Assembly (NCBI GenBank): GCA_977018835.1
Contig: OZ361259.1
Location: 930,001-994,000 of the forward strand
Source: Minutocellus sp. GHC0000111
Taxonomy: Eukaryota
Direction of reading: 5' to 3'
Length of the DNA stretch: 64,000 nucleotides
In this document: positions 13,851 through 28,664 of the stretch, piece by piece
Layout: each line of letters begins with the position of its first letter
How positions within the stretch are numbered: position 1 is the first letter of the stretch
Notes under the pieces: generated by a model
What the model was told of the DNA's origin: nothing
What the model saw: only the letters and a program-made list of their open reading frames with translations
Databases searched by the model: none
Translations under genes and position numbers: made by a program

Positions 13851-14308
13851 CTAGTGCCACACCACATTCATGGCACTGAGAGACCAAGAGTTGCTGGGAT
13901 GGCTGTTGGATGCCGGCTGTCTGCTCTGGCACTGCCTTCTGCTGTGTCACTTCAGGGGAGTGACAGATGGTTGCCATGCGATGAACACTGTGTGCTGACG
14001 GTGCAGGTGATTTGACAGGTCAGCATAAATCTTTTGTAAAACATGCACTTTGCATGAGAATGGTGCCTGGCAAAGGAACCAGATGGAGGGAGGATGGGGG
14101 CCACACCGACCATAGCCATGCCCACACACAAGAGCTCTCCAAAATTGCTTTCCAGAAAAATGGTGGCGCCACAAAGATTGAATTATGAACCCTCAACACC
14201 AGAGAGTACCAACCACAATCTTGGGGGGAAAATACTGGTAGACCTAAGGTCAATTGGATGATGTGACTTTTCTTGGAAATAGAGATTACTATGAACAAAC
14301 TAGCTAGT

Positions 14309-16643
14309 CTACCTACGAGTAGCAGTAGGAAATTCGGAGGGAATCGCCGAAGGACTGTCTGAAGGAAATTCGGAGGGAATCGCCGAAGGAGCATCGGATG
14401 GCAACGTGGAAGGAATACTCAAAGATTCTGACGGAGATGTGGACGGAACATCGGAAGTCTTGGAGGGTGTAGCCGAGGGAGCCTTTGTCAGAGCCGGAGT
14501 TGGAGGGACGGGGGTGAAAAAATTGGACTTGCTCTTGGATCTGCTGCTGCCACCGGACGTGCTCTTGGATCTGCTGCTGCCACCGGACGTGCTCTTGGAT
14601 CTGCTGCTGCCACCGGACGTGCTCTTGGATCTGCTGCTGCCACCGGACGTGCTCTTGGATCTGCTGCTGCCACCAGAAGACTTGCTACCTCCGGACTTGG
14701 GCTTGCTCCTGGGGACAACAATTAGGCTATTGGGTCCACGAGTAAGGCCCTTCGGAACAGCTTTGTCAAAAGCGGGATTGACGACAGGAAGGCCTGTGCC
14801 TGGATCGAGGCTGAATGGAAGAACTCCCCGAGGATCAAGGAGTTCAGTGAATTCCTGCTCCACCGTGGCTGCAATATTACTTGGATTTTGAGTGTCCAGG
14901 GAGGCAAGAACGCTATAGGTAGTGAAAATAAATCCAGGGGTGTAAGGAGAAGGTGCAAGGAAGTCTCCAATCTTCTGCATCAGTTTGCCAGTAAAAAAGT
15001 AGTTGAAGATTTCAGCTGGGCAGCGGCGATAACCGAGACCAAAGGGGCAGTACTTGGGCTTATCGAAAACGGGAATAAATTTCTTATGAGAAGAAGGAAT
15101 GATCGTTTGACCGTCAAGATCAGATGGCTTGAGATTTCCGGCAGAAGCTGGACAATTCTTTGGAATGAAGTCAGCGTAGCGGATAGTGTTGTACTCGGCA
15201 GCTGAAGTTTCAAAGGTGGCTGGGTCAAAGTTGTCGTTCAGGGCTTGGATTACTAAGGGGATATGGTATGATGGCGACGGGTCATAGCTTTCATCAGCTA
15301 TTATTTTTTGACATAAGTCAGTGTGGTAGTAGCAGCACAGATGCATGTAGAATCATGGGGAAGAGGAATTAAATTAGAATGAGCAGAAACATTTCACAAA
15401 CAACAAGGGAAAAATCAAGGCCAAAAGACCAAGTGTAAAATGTTGTACATGCACTCACCTAGGGTAAGATTTTTGTTTGCCCCCTCGGCCTTTTGGGCGG
15501 TACTCAACCATATGTCATTTGGCAGCAGCAGACGGAACACCTCACGTACAACGTTTATGCGCTCGTCGTCGGAAGGTGCGGCCTCGTACTTTGAAAAGAA
15601 GTCGATTGGAGGGAACGGCTTGAGGAGGTCAGCGGCGGTGTTGCCAGTAAATTTCTCGACATTGAGATATCCTGGAGCTGGAATGTTCAGTCCAACAAGT
15701 TCTGTGGCAAACTTATCAAAGGCGAGCTTGTAGAGAGTATTGACAAATTGGCCGAAAGCAAGGGCATTGTGCGCAGCCTCAACGATGATGGACTCAGCAG
15801 GAATGCCAGCTTCGATAAAAACGAAAAGCAAAGGGGACCAAATAATGTGTGTTAGTTATGGATATGAATCTTGCTATACGGTGGTGAATTGATGATATGA
15901 ATCACCACGATCTTGAGATAATTTCATCAATGTGTAATGCATTACAATCGATGGTAAAATTGAAAACAAAAGCTTACCCAAGTTCCACCAGTACACAAAA
16001 GTACTTTTGTCCTCTGCGTCGACAACCATATTACGACGTTCTTCGTAATACCCCGTAACGAACGGCTCAAGGCATGTGAGGGTTGCCATTGTGTCATTTC
16101 GTAGACCAAGACTGCCTCGCCCGATATCAGACAATAGGTCTCGCTGCAAGACAAGATAGTCTTTGACAAAGCTAGGATGATCAGCTTCTCCGAAATGAAT
16201 ATCGAGAAGTAGCTGGAAAACAATGTCATCCCAAGCGCTGATAATGTTCGTTGCGACACCCTCGGACGCGAGCTGCTCGCTCATGAATTTAGTGAATCCA
16301 TCGATGGCCTTATCAATCTTAGGTTCGTAGTACTGCAGCTTGTCACACGTCAAAGCTGACATGTACTGCTTCTTCAACTGGTTGTCTGGTCCGCGATCTT
16401 CAAGGTTGGTAAGAAAGACGGTATTTTTGCCATCTCCTGATTTCAAAGTAGTCGGATCTAAATTGACCAAACTGAGCAGGAAAAACGGCACACCACCAAA
16501 TTTTTGGTGGCCAACATCTTTGTACTGCGGGTCAAGGCCGGGAGTGTCGGGAATTCCTTCAACGCTCTGCCCAAAGGCAGATGGAATAGTGTTGGCGAAC
16601 CAAGGGAGAGGAAAATCTTTGTTGATTGGCTCGGGGCCGATTC
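14309..16643 (-). pseudogene. Type A truncated P450 copy
   Basis: Junction A at 16643/16644. Confidence 0.85.
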
Positions 16644-16892
16644 ATGGTGCCTGGCAAAGGAACCAGATGGAGGGAGGATGGGGGCCACACCGACCATAGC
16701 CATGCCCACACACAAGAGCTCTCCAAAATTGCTTTCCAGAAAAATGGTGGCGCCACAAAGATTGAATTATGAACCCTCAACACCAGAGAGTACCAACCAC
16801 AATCTTGGGGGGAAAATACTGGTAGACCTAAGGTCAATTGGATGATGTGACTTTTCTTGGAAATAGAGATTACTATGAACAAACTAGCTAGT

Positions 16893-17752
16893 CTACCTAC
16901 GAGTAGCAGTAGGAAATTCGGAGGGAATCGCCGAAGGACTGTCTGAAGGAAATTCGGAGGGAATCGCCGAAGGAGCATCGGATGGCAACGTGGAAGGAAT
17001 ACTCAAAGATTCTGACGGAGATGTGGACGGAACATCGGAAGTCTTGGAGGGTGTAGCCGAGGGAGCCTTTGTCAGAGCCGGAGTTGGAGGGACGGGGGTG
17101 AAAAAATTGGACTTGCTCTTGGATCTGCTGCTGCCACCGGACGTGCTCTTGGATCTGCTGCTGCCACCGGACGTGCTCTTGGATCTGCTGCTGCCACCGG
17201 ACGTGCTCTTGGATCTGCTGCTGCCACCGGACGTGCTCTTGGATCTGCTGCTGCCACCAGAAGACTTGCTACCTCCGGACTTGGGCTTGCTCCTGGGGAC
17301 AACAATTAGGCTATTGGGTCCACGAGTAAGGCCCTTCGGAACAGCTTTGTCAAAAGCGGGATTGACGACAGGAAGGCCTGTGCCTGGATCGAGGCTGAAT
17401 GGAAGAACTCCCCGAGGATCAAGGAGTTCAGTGAATTCCTGCTCCACCGTGGCTGCAATATTACTTGGATTTTGAGTGTCCAGGGAGGCAAGAACGCTAT
17501 AGGTAGTGAAAATAAATCCAGGGGTGTAAGGAGAAGGTGCAAGGAAGTCTCCAATCTTCTGCATCAGTTTGCCAGTAAAAAAGTAGTTGAAGATTTCAGC
17601 TGGGCAGCGGCGATAACCGAGACCAAAGGGGCAGTACTTGGGCTTATCGAAAACGGGAATAAATTTCTTATGAGAAGAAGGAATGATCGTTTGACCGTCA
17701 AGATCAGATGGCTTGAGATTTCCGGCAGAAGCTGGACAATTCTTTGGAATGA
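16893..17752 (-). pseudogene. Type B copy
   Basis: Junction B at 17752/17753. Confidence 0.85.
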
Positions 17753-18210
17753 CTAGTGCCACACCACATTCATGGCACTGAGAGACCAAGAGTTGCTGGG
17801 ATGGCTGTTGGATGCCGGCTGTCTGCTCTGGCACTGCCTTCTGCTGTGTCACTTCAGGGGAGTGACAGATGGTTGCCATGCGATGAACACTGTGTGCTGA
17901 CGGTGCAGGTGATTTGACAGGTCAGCATAAATCTTTTGTAAAACATGCACTTTGCATGAGAATGGTGCCTGGCAAAGGAACCAGATGGAGGGAGGATGGG
18001 GGCCACACCGACCATAGCCATGCCCACACACAAGAGCTCTCCAAAATTGCTTTCCAGAAAAATGGTGGCGCCACAAAGATTGAATTATGAACCCTCAACA
18101 CCAGAGAGTACCAACCACAATCTTGGGGGGAAAATACTGGTAGACCTAAGGTCAATTGGATGATGTGACTTTTCTTGGAAATAGAGATTACTATGAACAA
18201 ACTAGCTAGT

Positions 18211-20549
18211 CTACCTACGAGTAGCAGTAGGAAATTCGGAGGGAATCGCCGAAGGACTGTCTGAAGGAAATTCGGAGGGAATCGCCGAAGGAGCATCGGA
18301 TGGCAACGTGGAAGGAATACTCAAAGATTCTGACGGAGATGTGGACGGAACATCGGAAGTCTTGGAGGGTGTAGCCGAGGGAGCCTTTGTCAGAGCCGGA
18401 GTTGGAGGGACGGGGGTGAAAAAATTGGACTTGCTCTTGGATCTGCTGCTGCCACCGGACGTGCTCTTGGATCTGCTGCTGCCACCCACCGGACGTGCTC
18501 TTGGATCTGCTGCTGCCACCGGACGTGCTCTTGGATCTGCTGCTGCCACCGGACGTGCTCTTGGATCTGCTGCTGCCACCAGAAGACTTGCTACCTCCGG
18601 ACTTGGGCTTGCTCCTGGGGACAACAATTAGGCTATTGGGTCCACGAGTAAGGCCCTTCGGAACAGCTTTGTCAAAAGCGGGATTGACGACAGGAAGGCC
18701 TGTGCCTGGATCGAGGCTGAATGGAAGAACTCCCCGAGGATCAAGGAGTTCAGTGAATTCCTGCTCCACCGTGGCTGCAATATTACTTGGATTTTGAGTG
18801 TCCAGGGAGGCAAGAACGCTATAGGTAGTGAAAATAAATCCAGGGGTGTAAGGAGAAGGTGCAAGGAAGTCTCCAATCTTCTGCATCAGTTTGCCAGTAA
18901 AAAAGTAGTTGAAGATTTCAGCTGGGCAGCGGCGATAACCGAGACCAAAGGGGCAGTACTTGGGCTTATCGAAAACGGGAATAAATTTCTTATGAGAAGA
19001 AGGAATGATCGTTTGACCGTCAAGATCAGATGGCTTGAGATTTCCGGCAGAAGCTGGACAATTCTTTGGAATGAAGTCAGCGTAGCGGATAGTGTTGTAC
19101 TCGGCAGCTGAAGTTTCAAAGGTGGCTGGGTCAAAGTTGTCGTTCAGGGCTTGGATTACTAAGGGGATATGGTATGATGGCGACGGGTCATAGCTTTCAT
19201 CAGCTATTATTTTTTGACATAAGTCAGTGTGGTAGTAGCAGCACAGATGCATGTAGAATCATGGGGAAGAGGAATTAAATTAGAATGAGCAGAAACATTT
19301 CACAAACAACAAGGGAAAAATCAAGGCCAAAAGACCAAGTGTAAAATGTTGTACATGCACTCACCTAGGGTAAGATTTTTGTTTGCCCCCTCGGCCTTTT
19401 GGGCGGTACTCAACCATATGTCATTTGGCAGCAGCAGACGGAACACCTCACGTACAACGTTTATGCGCTCGTCGTCGGAAGGAGCGGCCTCGTACTTTGA
19501 AAAGAAGTCGATTGGAGGGAACGGCTTGAGGAGGTCAGCGGCGGTGTTGCCAGTAAATTTCTCGACATTGAGATATCCTGGAGCTGGAATGTTCAGTCCA
19601 ACAAGTTCTGTGGCAAACTTATCAACGGCGAGCTTGTAGAGAGTATTGACAAATTGGCCGAAAGCAAGGGCATTGTGCGCAGCCTCAACGATGATGGACT
19701 CAGCAGGAATGCCAGCTTCGATAAAAACGAAAAGCAAAGGGGACCAAATAATGTGTGTTAGTTATGGATATGAATCTTGCTATACGGTGGTGAATTGATG
19801 ATATGAATCACCACGATCTTGAGATAATTTCATCAATGTGTAATGCATTACAATCGATGGTAAAATTGAAAACAAAAGCTTACCCAAGTTCCACCAGTAC
19901 ACAAAAGTACTTTTGTCCTCTGCGTCGACAACCATATTACGACGTTCTTCGTAATACCCCGTAACGAACGGCTCAAGGCATGTGAGGGTTGCCATTGTGT
20001 CATTTCGTAGACCAAGACTGCCTCGCCCGATATCAGACAATAGGTCTCGCTGCAAGACAAGATAGTCTTTGACAAAGCTAGGATGATCAGCTTCTCCGAA
20101 ATGAATATCGAGAAGTAGCTGGAAAACAATGTCATCCCAAGCGCTGATAATGTTCGTTGCGACACCCTCGGACGCGAGCTGCTCGCTCATGAATTTAGTG
20201 AATCCATCGATGGCCTTATCAATCTTAGGTTCGTAGTACTGCAGCTTGTCACACGTCAAAGCTGACATGTACTGCTTCTTCAACTGGTTGTCTGGTCCGC
20301 GATCTTCAAGGTTGGTAAGAAAGACGGTATTTTTGCCATCTCCTGATTTCAAAGTAGTCGGATCTAAATTGACCAAACTGAGCAGGAAAAACGGCACACC
20401 ACCAAATTTTTGGTGGCCAACATCTTTGTACTGCGGGTCAAGGCCGGGAGTGTCGGGAATTCCTTCAACGCTCTGCCCAAAGGCAGATGGAATAGTGTTG
20501 GCGAACCAAGGGAGAGGAAAATCTTTGTTGATTGGCTCGGGGCCGATTC
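18211..20549 (-). pseudogene. Type A copy with 4-bp frameshift in the VNTR
   Basis: gccacccaccgg at ~18481-18492; junction A at 20549/20550. Confidence 0.85.
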
Positions 20550-20798
20550 ATGGTGCCTGGCAAAGGAACCAGATGGAGGGAGGATGGGGGCCACACCGAC
20601 CATAGCCATGCCCACACACAAGAGCTCTCCAAAATTGCTTTCCAGAAAAATGGTGGCGCCACAAAGATTGAATTATGAACCCTCAACACCAGAGAGTACC
20701 AACCACAATCTTGGGGGGAAAATACTGGTAGACCTAAGGTCAATTGGATGATGTGACTTTTCTTGGAAATAGAGATTACTATGAACAAACTAGCTAGT

Positions 20799-21784
20799 CT
20801 ACCTACGAGTAGCAGTAGGAAATTCGGAGGGAATCGCCGAAGGACTGTCTGAAGGAAATTCGGAGGGCGTCTCCGAAGGACTGTCTGAAGGAAATTCGGA
20901 GGGAATCGCCGAAGGAGCATCGGATGGCAACGTGGAAGGAATACTCAAAGATTCTGACGGAGATGTGGACGGAACATCGGAAGTCTTGGAGGGTGTAGCC
21001 GAGGGAGCCTTTGTCAGAGCCGGAGTTGGAGGGACGGGGGTGAAAAAATTGGACTTGCTCTTGGATCTGCTGCTGCCACCGGACGTGCTCTTGGATCTGC
21101 TGCTGCCACCGGACGTGCTCTTGGATCTGCTGCTGCCACCGGACGTGCTCTTGGATCTGCTGCTGCCACCGGACGTGCTCTTGGATCTGCTGCTGCCACC
21201 GGACGTGCTCTTGGATCTGCTGCTGCCACCGGACGTGCTCTTGGATCTGCTGCTGCCACCGGACGTGCTCTTGGATCTGCTGCTGCCACCAGAAGACTTG
21301 CTACCTCCGGACTTGGGCTTGCTCCTGGGGACAACAATTAGGCTATTGGGTCCACGAGTAAGGCCCTTCGGAACAGCTTTGTCAAAAGCGGGATTGACGA
21401 CAGGAAGGCCTGTGCCTGGATCGAGGCTGAATGGAAGAACTCCCCGAGGATCAAGGAGTTCAGTGAATTCCTGCTCCACCGTGGCTGCAATATTACTTGG
21501 ATTTTGAGTGTCCAGGGAGGCAAGAACGCTATAGGTAGTGAAAATAAATCCAGGGGTGTAAGGAGAAGGTGCAAGGAAGTCTCCAATCTTCTGCATCAGT
21601 TTGCCAGTAAAAAAGTAGTTGAAGATTTCAGCTGGGCAGCGGCGATAACCGAGACCAAAGGGGCAGTACTTGGGCTTATCGAAAACGGGAATAAATTTCT
21701 TATGAGAAGAAGGAATGATCGTTTGACCGTCAAGATCAGATGGCTTGAGATTTCCGGCAGAAGCTGGACAATTCTTTGGAATGA
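20799..21784 (-). pseudogene. Type B copy (8 copies of 30-bp VNTR)
   Basis: Junction B at 21784/21785. Confidence 0.85.
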
Positions 21785-22242
21785 CTAGTGCCACACCACA
21801 TTCATGGCACTGAGAGACCAAGAGTTGCTGGGATGGCTGTTGGATGCCGGCTGTCTGCTCTGGCACTGCCTTCTGCTGTGTCACTTCAGGGGAGTGACAG
21901 ATGGTTGCCATGCGATGAACACTGTGTGCTGACGGTGCAGGTGATTTGACAGGTCAGCATAAATCTTTTGTAAAACATGCACTTTGCATGAGAATGGTGC
22001 CTGGCAAAGGAACCAGATGGAGGGAGGATGGGGGCCACACCGACCATAGCCATGCCCACACACAAGAGCTCTCCAAAATTGCTTTCCAGAAAAATGGTGG
22101 CGCCACAAAGATTGAATTATGAACCCTCAACACCAGAGAGTACCAACCACAATCTTGGGGGGAAAATACTGGTAGACCTAAGGTCAATTGGATGATGTGA
22201 CTTTTCTTGGAAATAGAGATTACTATGAACAAACTAGCTAGT

Positions 22243-24577
22243 CTACCTACGAGTAGCAGTAGGAAATTCGGAGGGAATCGCCGAAGGACTGTCTGAAGGA
22301 AATTCGGAGGGAATCGCCGAAGGAGCATCGGATGGCAACGTGGAAGGAATACTCAAAGATTCTGACGGAGATGTGGACGGAACATCGGAAGTCTTGGAGG
22401 GTGTAGCCGAGGGAGCCTTTGTCAGAGCCGGAGTTGGAGGGACGGGGGTGAAAAAATTGGACTTGCTCTTGGATCTGCTGCTGCCACCGGACGTGCTCTT
22501 GGATCTGCTGCTGCCACCGGACGTGCTCTTGGATCTGCTGCTGCCACCGGACGTGCTCTTGGATCTGCTGCTGCCACCGGACGTGCTCTTGGATCTGCTG
22601 CTGCCACCAGAAGACTTGCTACCTCCGGACTTGGGCTTGCTCCTGGGGACAACAATTAGGCTATTGGGTCCACGAGTAAGGCCCTTCGGAACAGCTTTGT
22701 CAAAAGCGGGATTGACGACAGGAAGGCCTGTGCCTGGATCGAGGCTGAATGGAAGAACTCCCCGAGGATCAAGGAGTTCAGTGAATTCCTGCTCCACCGT
22801 GGCTGCAATATTACTTGGATTTTGAGTGTCCAGGGAGGCAAGAACGCTATAGGTAGTGAAAATAAATCCAGGGGTGTAAGGAGAAGGTGCAAGGAAGTCT
22901 CCAATCTTCTGCATCAGTTTGCCAGTAAAAAAGTAGTTGAAGATTTCAGCTGGGCAGCGGCGATAACCGAGACCAAAGGGGCAGTACTTGGGCTTATCGA
23001 AAACGGGAATAAATTTCTTATGAGAAGAAGGAATGATCGTTTGACCGTCAAGATCAGATGGCTTGAGATTTCCGGCAGAAGCTGGACAATTCTTTGGAAT
23101 GAAGTCAGCGTAGCGGATAGTGTTGTACTCGGCAGCTGAAGTTTCAAAGGTGGCTGGGTCAAAGTTGTCGTTCAGGGCTTGGATTACTAAGGGGATATGG
23201 TATGATGGCGACGGGTCATAGCTTTCATCAGCTATTATTTTTTGACATAAGTCAGTGTGGTAGTAGCAGCACAGATGCATGTAGAATCATGGGGAAGAGG
23301 AATTAAATTAGAATGAGCAGAAACATTTCACAAACAACAAGGGAAAAATCAAGGCCAAAAGACCAAGTGTAAAATGTTGTACATGCACTCACCTAGGGTA
23401 AGATTTTTGTTTGCCCCCTCGGCCTTTTGGGCGGTACTCAACCATATGTCATTTGGCAGCAGCAGACGGAACACCTCACGTACAACGTTTATGCGCTCGT
23501 CGTCGGAAGGAGCGGCCTCGTACTTTGAAAAGAAGTCGATTGGAGGGAACGGCTTGAGGAGGTCAGCGGCGGTGTTGCCAGTAAATTTCTCGACATTGAG
23601 ATATCCTGGAGCTGGAATGTTCAGTCCAACAAGTTCTGTGGCAAACTTATCAAAGGCGAGCTTGTAGAGAGTATTGACAAATTGGCCGAAAGCAAGGGCA
23701 TTGTGCGCAGCCTCAACGATGATGGACTCAGCAGGAATGCCAGCTTCGATAAAAACGAAAAGCAAAGGGGACCAAATAATGTGTGTTAGTTATGGATATG
23801 AATCTTGCTATACGGTGGTGAATTGATGATATGAATCACCACGATCTTGAGATAATTTCATCAATGTGTAATGCATTACAATCGATGGTAAAATTGAAAA
23901 CAAAAGCTTACCCAAGTTCCACCAGTACACAAAAGTACTTTTGTCCTCTGCGTCGACAACCATATTACGACGTTCTTCGTAATACCCCGTAACGAACGGC
24001 TCAAGGCATGTGAGGGTTGCCATTGTGTCATTTCGTAGACCAAGACTGCCTCGCCCGATATCAGACAATAGGTCTCGCTGCAAGACAAGATAGTCTTTGA
24101 CAAAGCTAGGATGATCAGCTTCTCCGAAATGAATATCGAGAAGTAGCTGGAAAACAATGTCATCCCAAGCGCTGATAATGTTCGTTGCGACACCCTCGGA
24201 CGCGAGCTGCTCGCTCATGAATTTAGTGAATCCATCGATGGCCTTATCAATCTTAGGTTCGTAGTACTGCAGCTTGTCACACGTCAAAGCTGACATGTAC
24301 TGCTTCTTCAACTGGTTGTCTGGTCCGCGATCTTCAAGGTTGGTAAGAAAGACGGTATTTTTGCCATCTCCTGATTTCAAAGTAGTCGGATCTAAATTGA
24401 CCAAACTGAGCAGGAAAAACGGCACACCACCAAATTTTTGGTGGCCAACATCTTTGTACTGCGGGTCAAGGCCGGGAGTGTCGGGAATTCCTTCAACGCT
24501 CTGCCCAAAGGCAGATGGAATAGTGTTGGCGAACCAAGGGAGAGGAAAATCTTTGTTGATTGGCTCGGGGCCGATTC
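22243..24577 (-). pseudogene. Type A truncated P450 copy
   Basis: Junction A at 24577/24578. Confidence 0.85.
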
Positions 24578-24826
24578 ATGGTGCCTGGCAAAGGAACCAG
24601 ATGGAGGGAGGATGGGGGCCACACCGACCATAGCCATGCCCACACACAAGAGCTCTCCAAAATTGCTTTCCAGAAAAATGGTGGCGCCACAAAGATTGAA
24701 TTATGAACCCTCAACACCAGAGAGTACCAACCACAATCTTGGGGGGAAAATACTGGTAGACCTAAGGTCAATTGGATGATGTGACTTTTCTTGGAAATAG
24801 AGATTACTATGAACAAACTAGCTAGT

Positions 24827-27131
24827 CTACCTACGAGTAGCAGTAGGAAATTCGGAGGGAATCGCCGAAGGACTGTCTGAAGGAAATTCGGAGGGAATCG
24901 CCGAAGGAGCATCGGATGGCAACGTGGAAGGAATACTCAAAGATTCTGACGGAGATGTGGACGGAACATCGGAAGTCTTGGAGGGTGTAGCCGAGGGAGC
25001 CTTTGTCAGAGCCGGAGTTGGAGGGACGGGGGTGAAAAAATTGGACTTGCTCTTGGATCTGCTGCTGCCACCGGACGTGCTCTTGGATCTGCTGCTGCCA
25101 CCGGACGTGCTCTTGGATCTGCTGCTGCCACCGGACGTGCTCTTGGATCTGCTGCTGCCACCAGAAGACTTGCTACCTCCGGACTTGGGCTTGCTCCTGG
25201 GGACAACAATTAGGCTATTGGGTCCACGAGTAAGGCCCTTCGGAACAGCTTTGTCAAAAGCGGGATTGACGACAGGAAGGCCTGTGCCTGGATCGAGGCT
25301 GAATGGAAGAACTCCCCGAGGATCAAGGAGTTCAGTGAATTCCTGCTCCACCGTGGCTGCAATATTACTTGGATTTTGAGTGTCCAGGGAGGCAAGAACG
25401 CTATAGGTAGTGAAAATAAATCCAGGGGTGTAAGGAGAAGGTGCAAGGAAGTCTCCAATCTTCTGCATCAGTTTGCCAGTAAAAAAGTAGTTGAAGATTT
25501 CAGCTGGGCAGCGGCGATAACCGAGACCAAAGGGGCAGTACTTGGGCTTATCGAAAACGGGAATAAATTTCTTATGAGAAGAAGGAATGATCGTTTGACC
25601 GTCAAGATCAGATGGCTTGAGATTTCCGGCAGAAGCTGGACAATTCTTTGGAATGAAGTCAGCGTAGCGGATAGTGTTGTACTCGGCAGCTGAAGTTTCA
25701 AAGGTGGCTGGGTCAAAGTTGTCGTTCAGGGCTTGGATTACTAAGGGGATATGGTATGATGGCGACGGGTCATAGCTTTCATCAGCTATTATTTTTTGAC
25801 ATAAGTCAGTGTGGTAGTAGCAGCACAGATGCATGTAGAATCATGGGGAAGAGGAATTAAATTAGAATGAGCAGAAACATTTCACAAACAACAAGGGAAA
25901 AATCAAGGCCAAAAGACCAAGTGTAAAATGTTGTACATGCACTCACCTAGGGTAAGATTTTTGTTTGCCCCCTCGGCCTTTTGGGCGGTACTCAACCATA
26001 TGTCATTTGGCAGCAGCAGACGGAACACCTCACGTACAACGTTTATGCGCTCGTCGTCGGAAGGAGCGGCCTCGTACTTTGAAAAGAAGTCGATTGGAGG
26101 GAACGGCTTGAGGAGGTCAGCGGCGGTGTTGCCAGTAAATTTCTCGACATTGAGATATCCTGGAGCTGGAATGTTCAGTCCAACAAGTTCTGTGGCAAAC
26201 TTATCAAAGGCGAGCTTGTAGAGAGTATTGACAAATTGGCCGAAAGCAAGGGCATTGTGCGCAGCCTCAACGATGATGGACTCAGCAGGAATGCCAGCTT
26301 CGATAAAAACGAAAAGCAAAGGGGACCAAATAATGTGTGTTAGTTATGGATATGAATCTTGCTATACGGTGGTGAATTGATGATATGAATCACCACGATC
26401 TTGAGATAATTTCATCAATGTGTAATGCATTACAATCGATGGTAAAATTGAAAACAAAAGCTTACCCAAGTTCCACCAGTACACAAAAGTACTTTTGTCC
26501 TCTGCGTCGACAACCATATTACGACGTTCTTCGTAATACCCCGTAACGAACGGCTCAAGGCATGTGAGGGTTGCCATTGTGTCATTTCGTAGACCAAGAC
26601 TGCCTCGCCCGATATCAGACAATAGGTCTCGCTGCAAGACAAGATAGTCTTTGACAAAGCTAGGATGATCAGCTTCTCCGAAATGAATATCGAGAAGTAG
26701 CTGGAAAACAATGTCATCCCAAGCGCTGATAATGTTCGTTGCGACACCCTCGGACGCGAGCTGCTCGCTCATGAATTTAGTGAATCCATCGATGGCCTTA
26801 TCAATCTTAGGTTCGTAGTACTGCAGCTTGTCACACGTCAAAGCTGACATGTACTGCTTCTTCAACTGGTTGTCTGGTCCGCGATCTTCAAGGTTGGTAA
26901 GAAAGACGGTATTTTTGCCATCTCCTGATTTCAAAGTAGTCGGATCTAAATTGACCAAACTGAGCAGGAAAAACGGCACACCACCAAATTTTTGGTGGCC
27001 AACATCTTTGTACTGCGGGTCAAGGCCGGGAGTGTCGGGAATTCCTTCAACGCTCTGCCCAAAGGCAGATGGAATAGTGTTGGCGAACCAAGGGAGAGGA
27101 AAATCTTTGTTGATTGGCTCGGGGCCGATTC
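24827..27131 (-). pseudogene. Type A truncated P450 copy
   Basis: Junction A at 27131/27132. Confidence 0.85.
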
Positions 27132-27380
27132 ATGGTGCCTGGCAAAGGAACCAGATGGAGGGAGGATGGGGGCCACACCGACCATAGCCATGCCCACACA
27201 CAAGAGCTCTCCAAAATTGCTTTCCAGAAAAATGGTGGCGCCACAAAGATTGAATTATGAACCCTCAACACCAGAGAGTACCAACCACAATCTTGGGGGG
27301 AAAATACTGGTAGACCTAAGGTCAATTGGATGATGTGACTTTTCTTGGAAATAGAGATTACTATGAACAAACTAGCTAGT

Positions 27381-28210
27381 CTACCTACGAGTAGCAGTAG
27401 GAAATTCGGAGGGAATCGCCGAAGGACTGTCTGAAGGAAATTCGGAGGGAATCGCCGAAGGAGCATCGGATGGCAACGTGGAAGGAATACTCAAAGATTC
27501 TGACGGAGATGTGGACGGAACATCGGAAGTCTTGGAGGGTGTAGCCGAGGGAGCCTTTGTCAGAGCCGGAGTTGGAGGGACGGGGGTGAAAAAATTGGAC
27601 TTGCTCTTGGATCTGCTGCTGCCACCGGACGTGCTCTTGGATCTGCTGCTGCCACCGGACGTGCTCTTGGATCTGCTGCTGCCACCGGACGTGCTCTTGG
27701 ATCTGCTGCTGCCACCAGAAGACTTGCTACCTCCGGACTTGGGCTTGCTCCTGGGGACAACAATTAGGCTATTGGGTCCACGAGTAAGGCCCTTCGGAAC
27801 AGCTTTGTCAAAAGCGGGATTGACGACAGGAAGGCCTGTGCCTGGATCGAGGCTGAATGGAAGAACTCCCCGAGGATCAAGGAGTTCAGTGAATTCCTGC
27901 TCCACCGTGGCTGCAATATTACTTGGATTTTGAGTGTCCAGGGAGGCAAGAACGCTATAGGTAGTGAAAATAAATCCAGGGGTGTAAGGAGAAGGTGCAA
28001 GGAAGTCTCCAATCTTCTGCATCAGTTTGCCAGTAAAAAAGTAGTTGAAGATTTCAGCTGGGCAGCGGCGATAACCGAGACCAAAGGGGCAGTACTTGGG
28101 CTTATCGAAAACGGGAATAAATTTCTTATGAGAAGAAGGAATGATCGTTTGACCGTCAAGATCAGATGGCTTGAGATTTCCGGCAGAAGCTGGACAATTC
28201 TTTGGAATGA
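27381..28210 (-). pseudogene. Type B copy (3' part of exon 3 only)
   Basis: Exon 3 joined at ggaatga|ctag to the 233-bp element. Confidence 0.85.
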
Positions 28211-28664
28211 CTAGTGCCACACCACATTCATGGCACTGAGAGACCAAGAGTTGCTGGGATGGCTGTTGGATGCCGGCTGTCTGCTCTGGCACTGCCTTCT
28301 GCTGTGTCACTTCAGGGGAGTGACAGATGGTTGCCATGCGATGAACACTGTGTGCTGACGGTGCAGGTGATTTGACAGGTCAGCATAAATCTTTTGTAAA
28401 ACATGCACTTTGCATGAGAATGGTGCCTGGCAAAGGAACCAGATGGAGGGAGGATGGGGGCCACACCGACCATAGCCATGCCCACACACAAGAGCTCTCC
28501 AAAATTGCTTTCCAGAAAAATGGTGGCGCCACAAAGATTGAATTATGAACCCTCAACACCAGAGAGTACCACAATCTTGGGGGGAAAATACTGGTAGACC
28601 TAAGGTCAATTGGATGATGTGACTTTTCTTGGAAATAGAGATTACTATGAACAAACTAGCTAGT

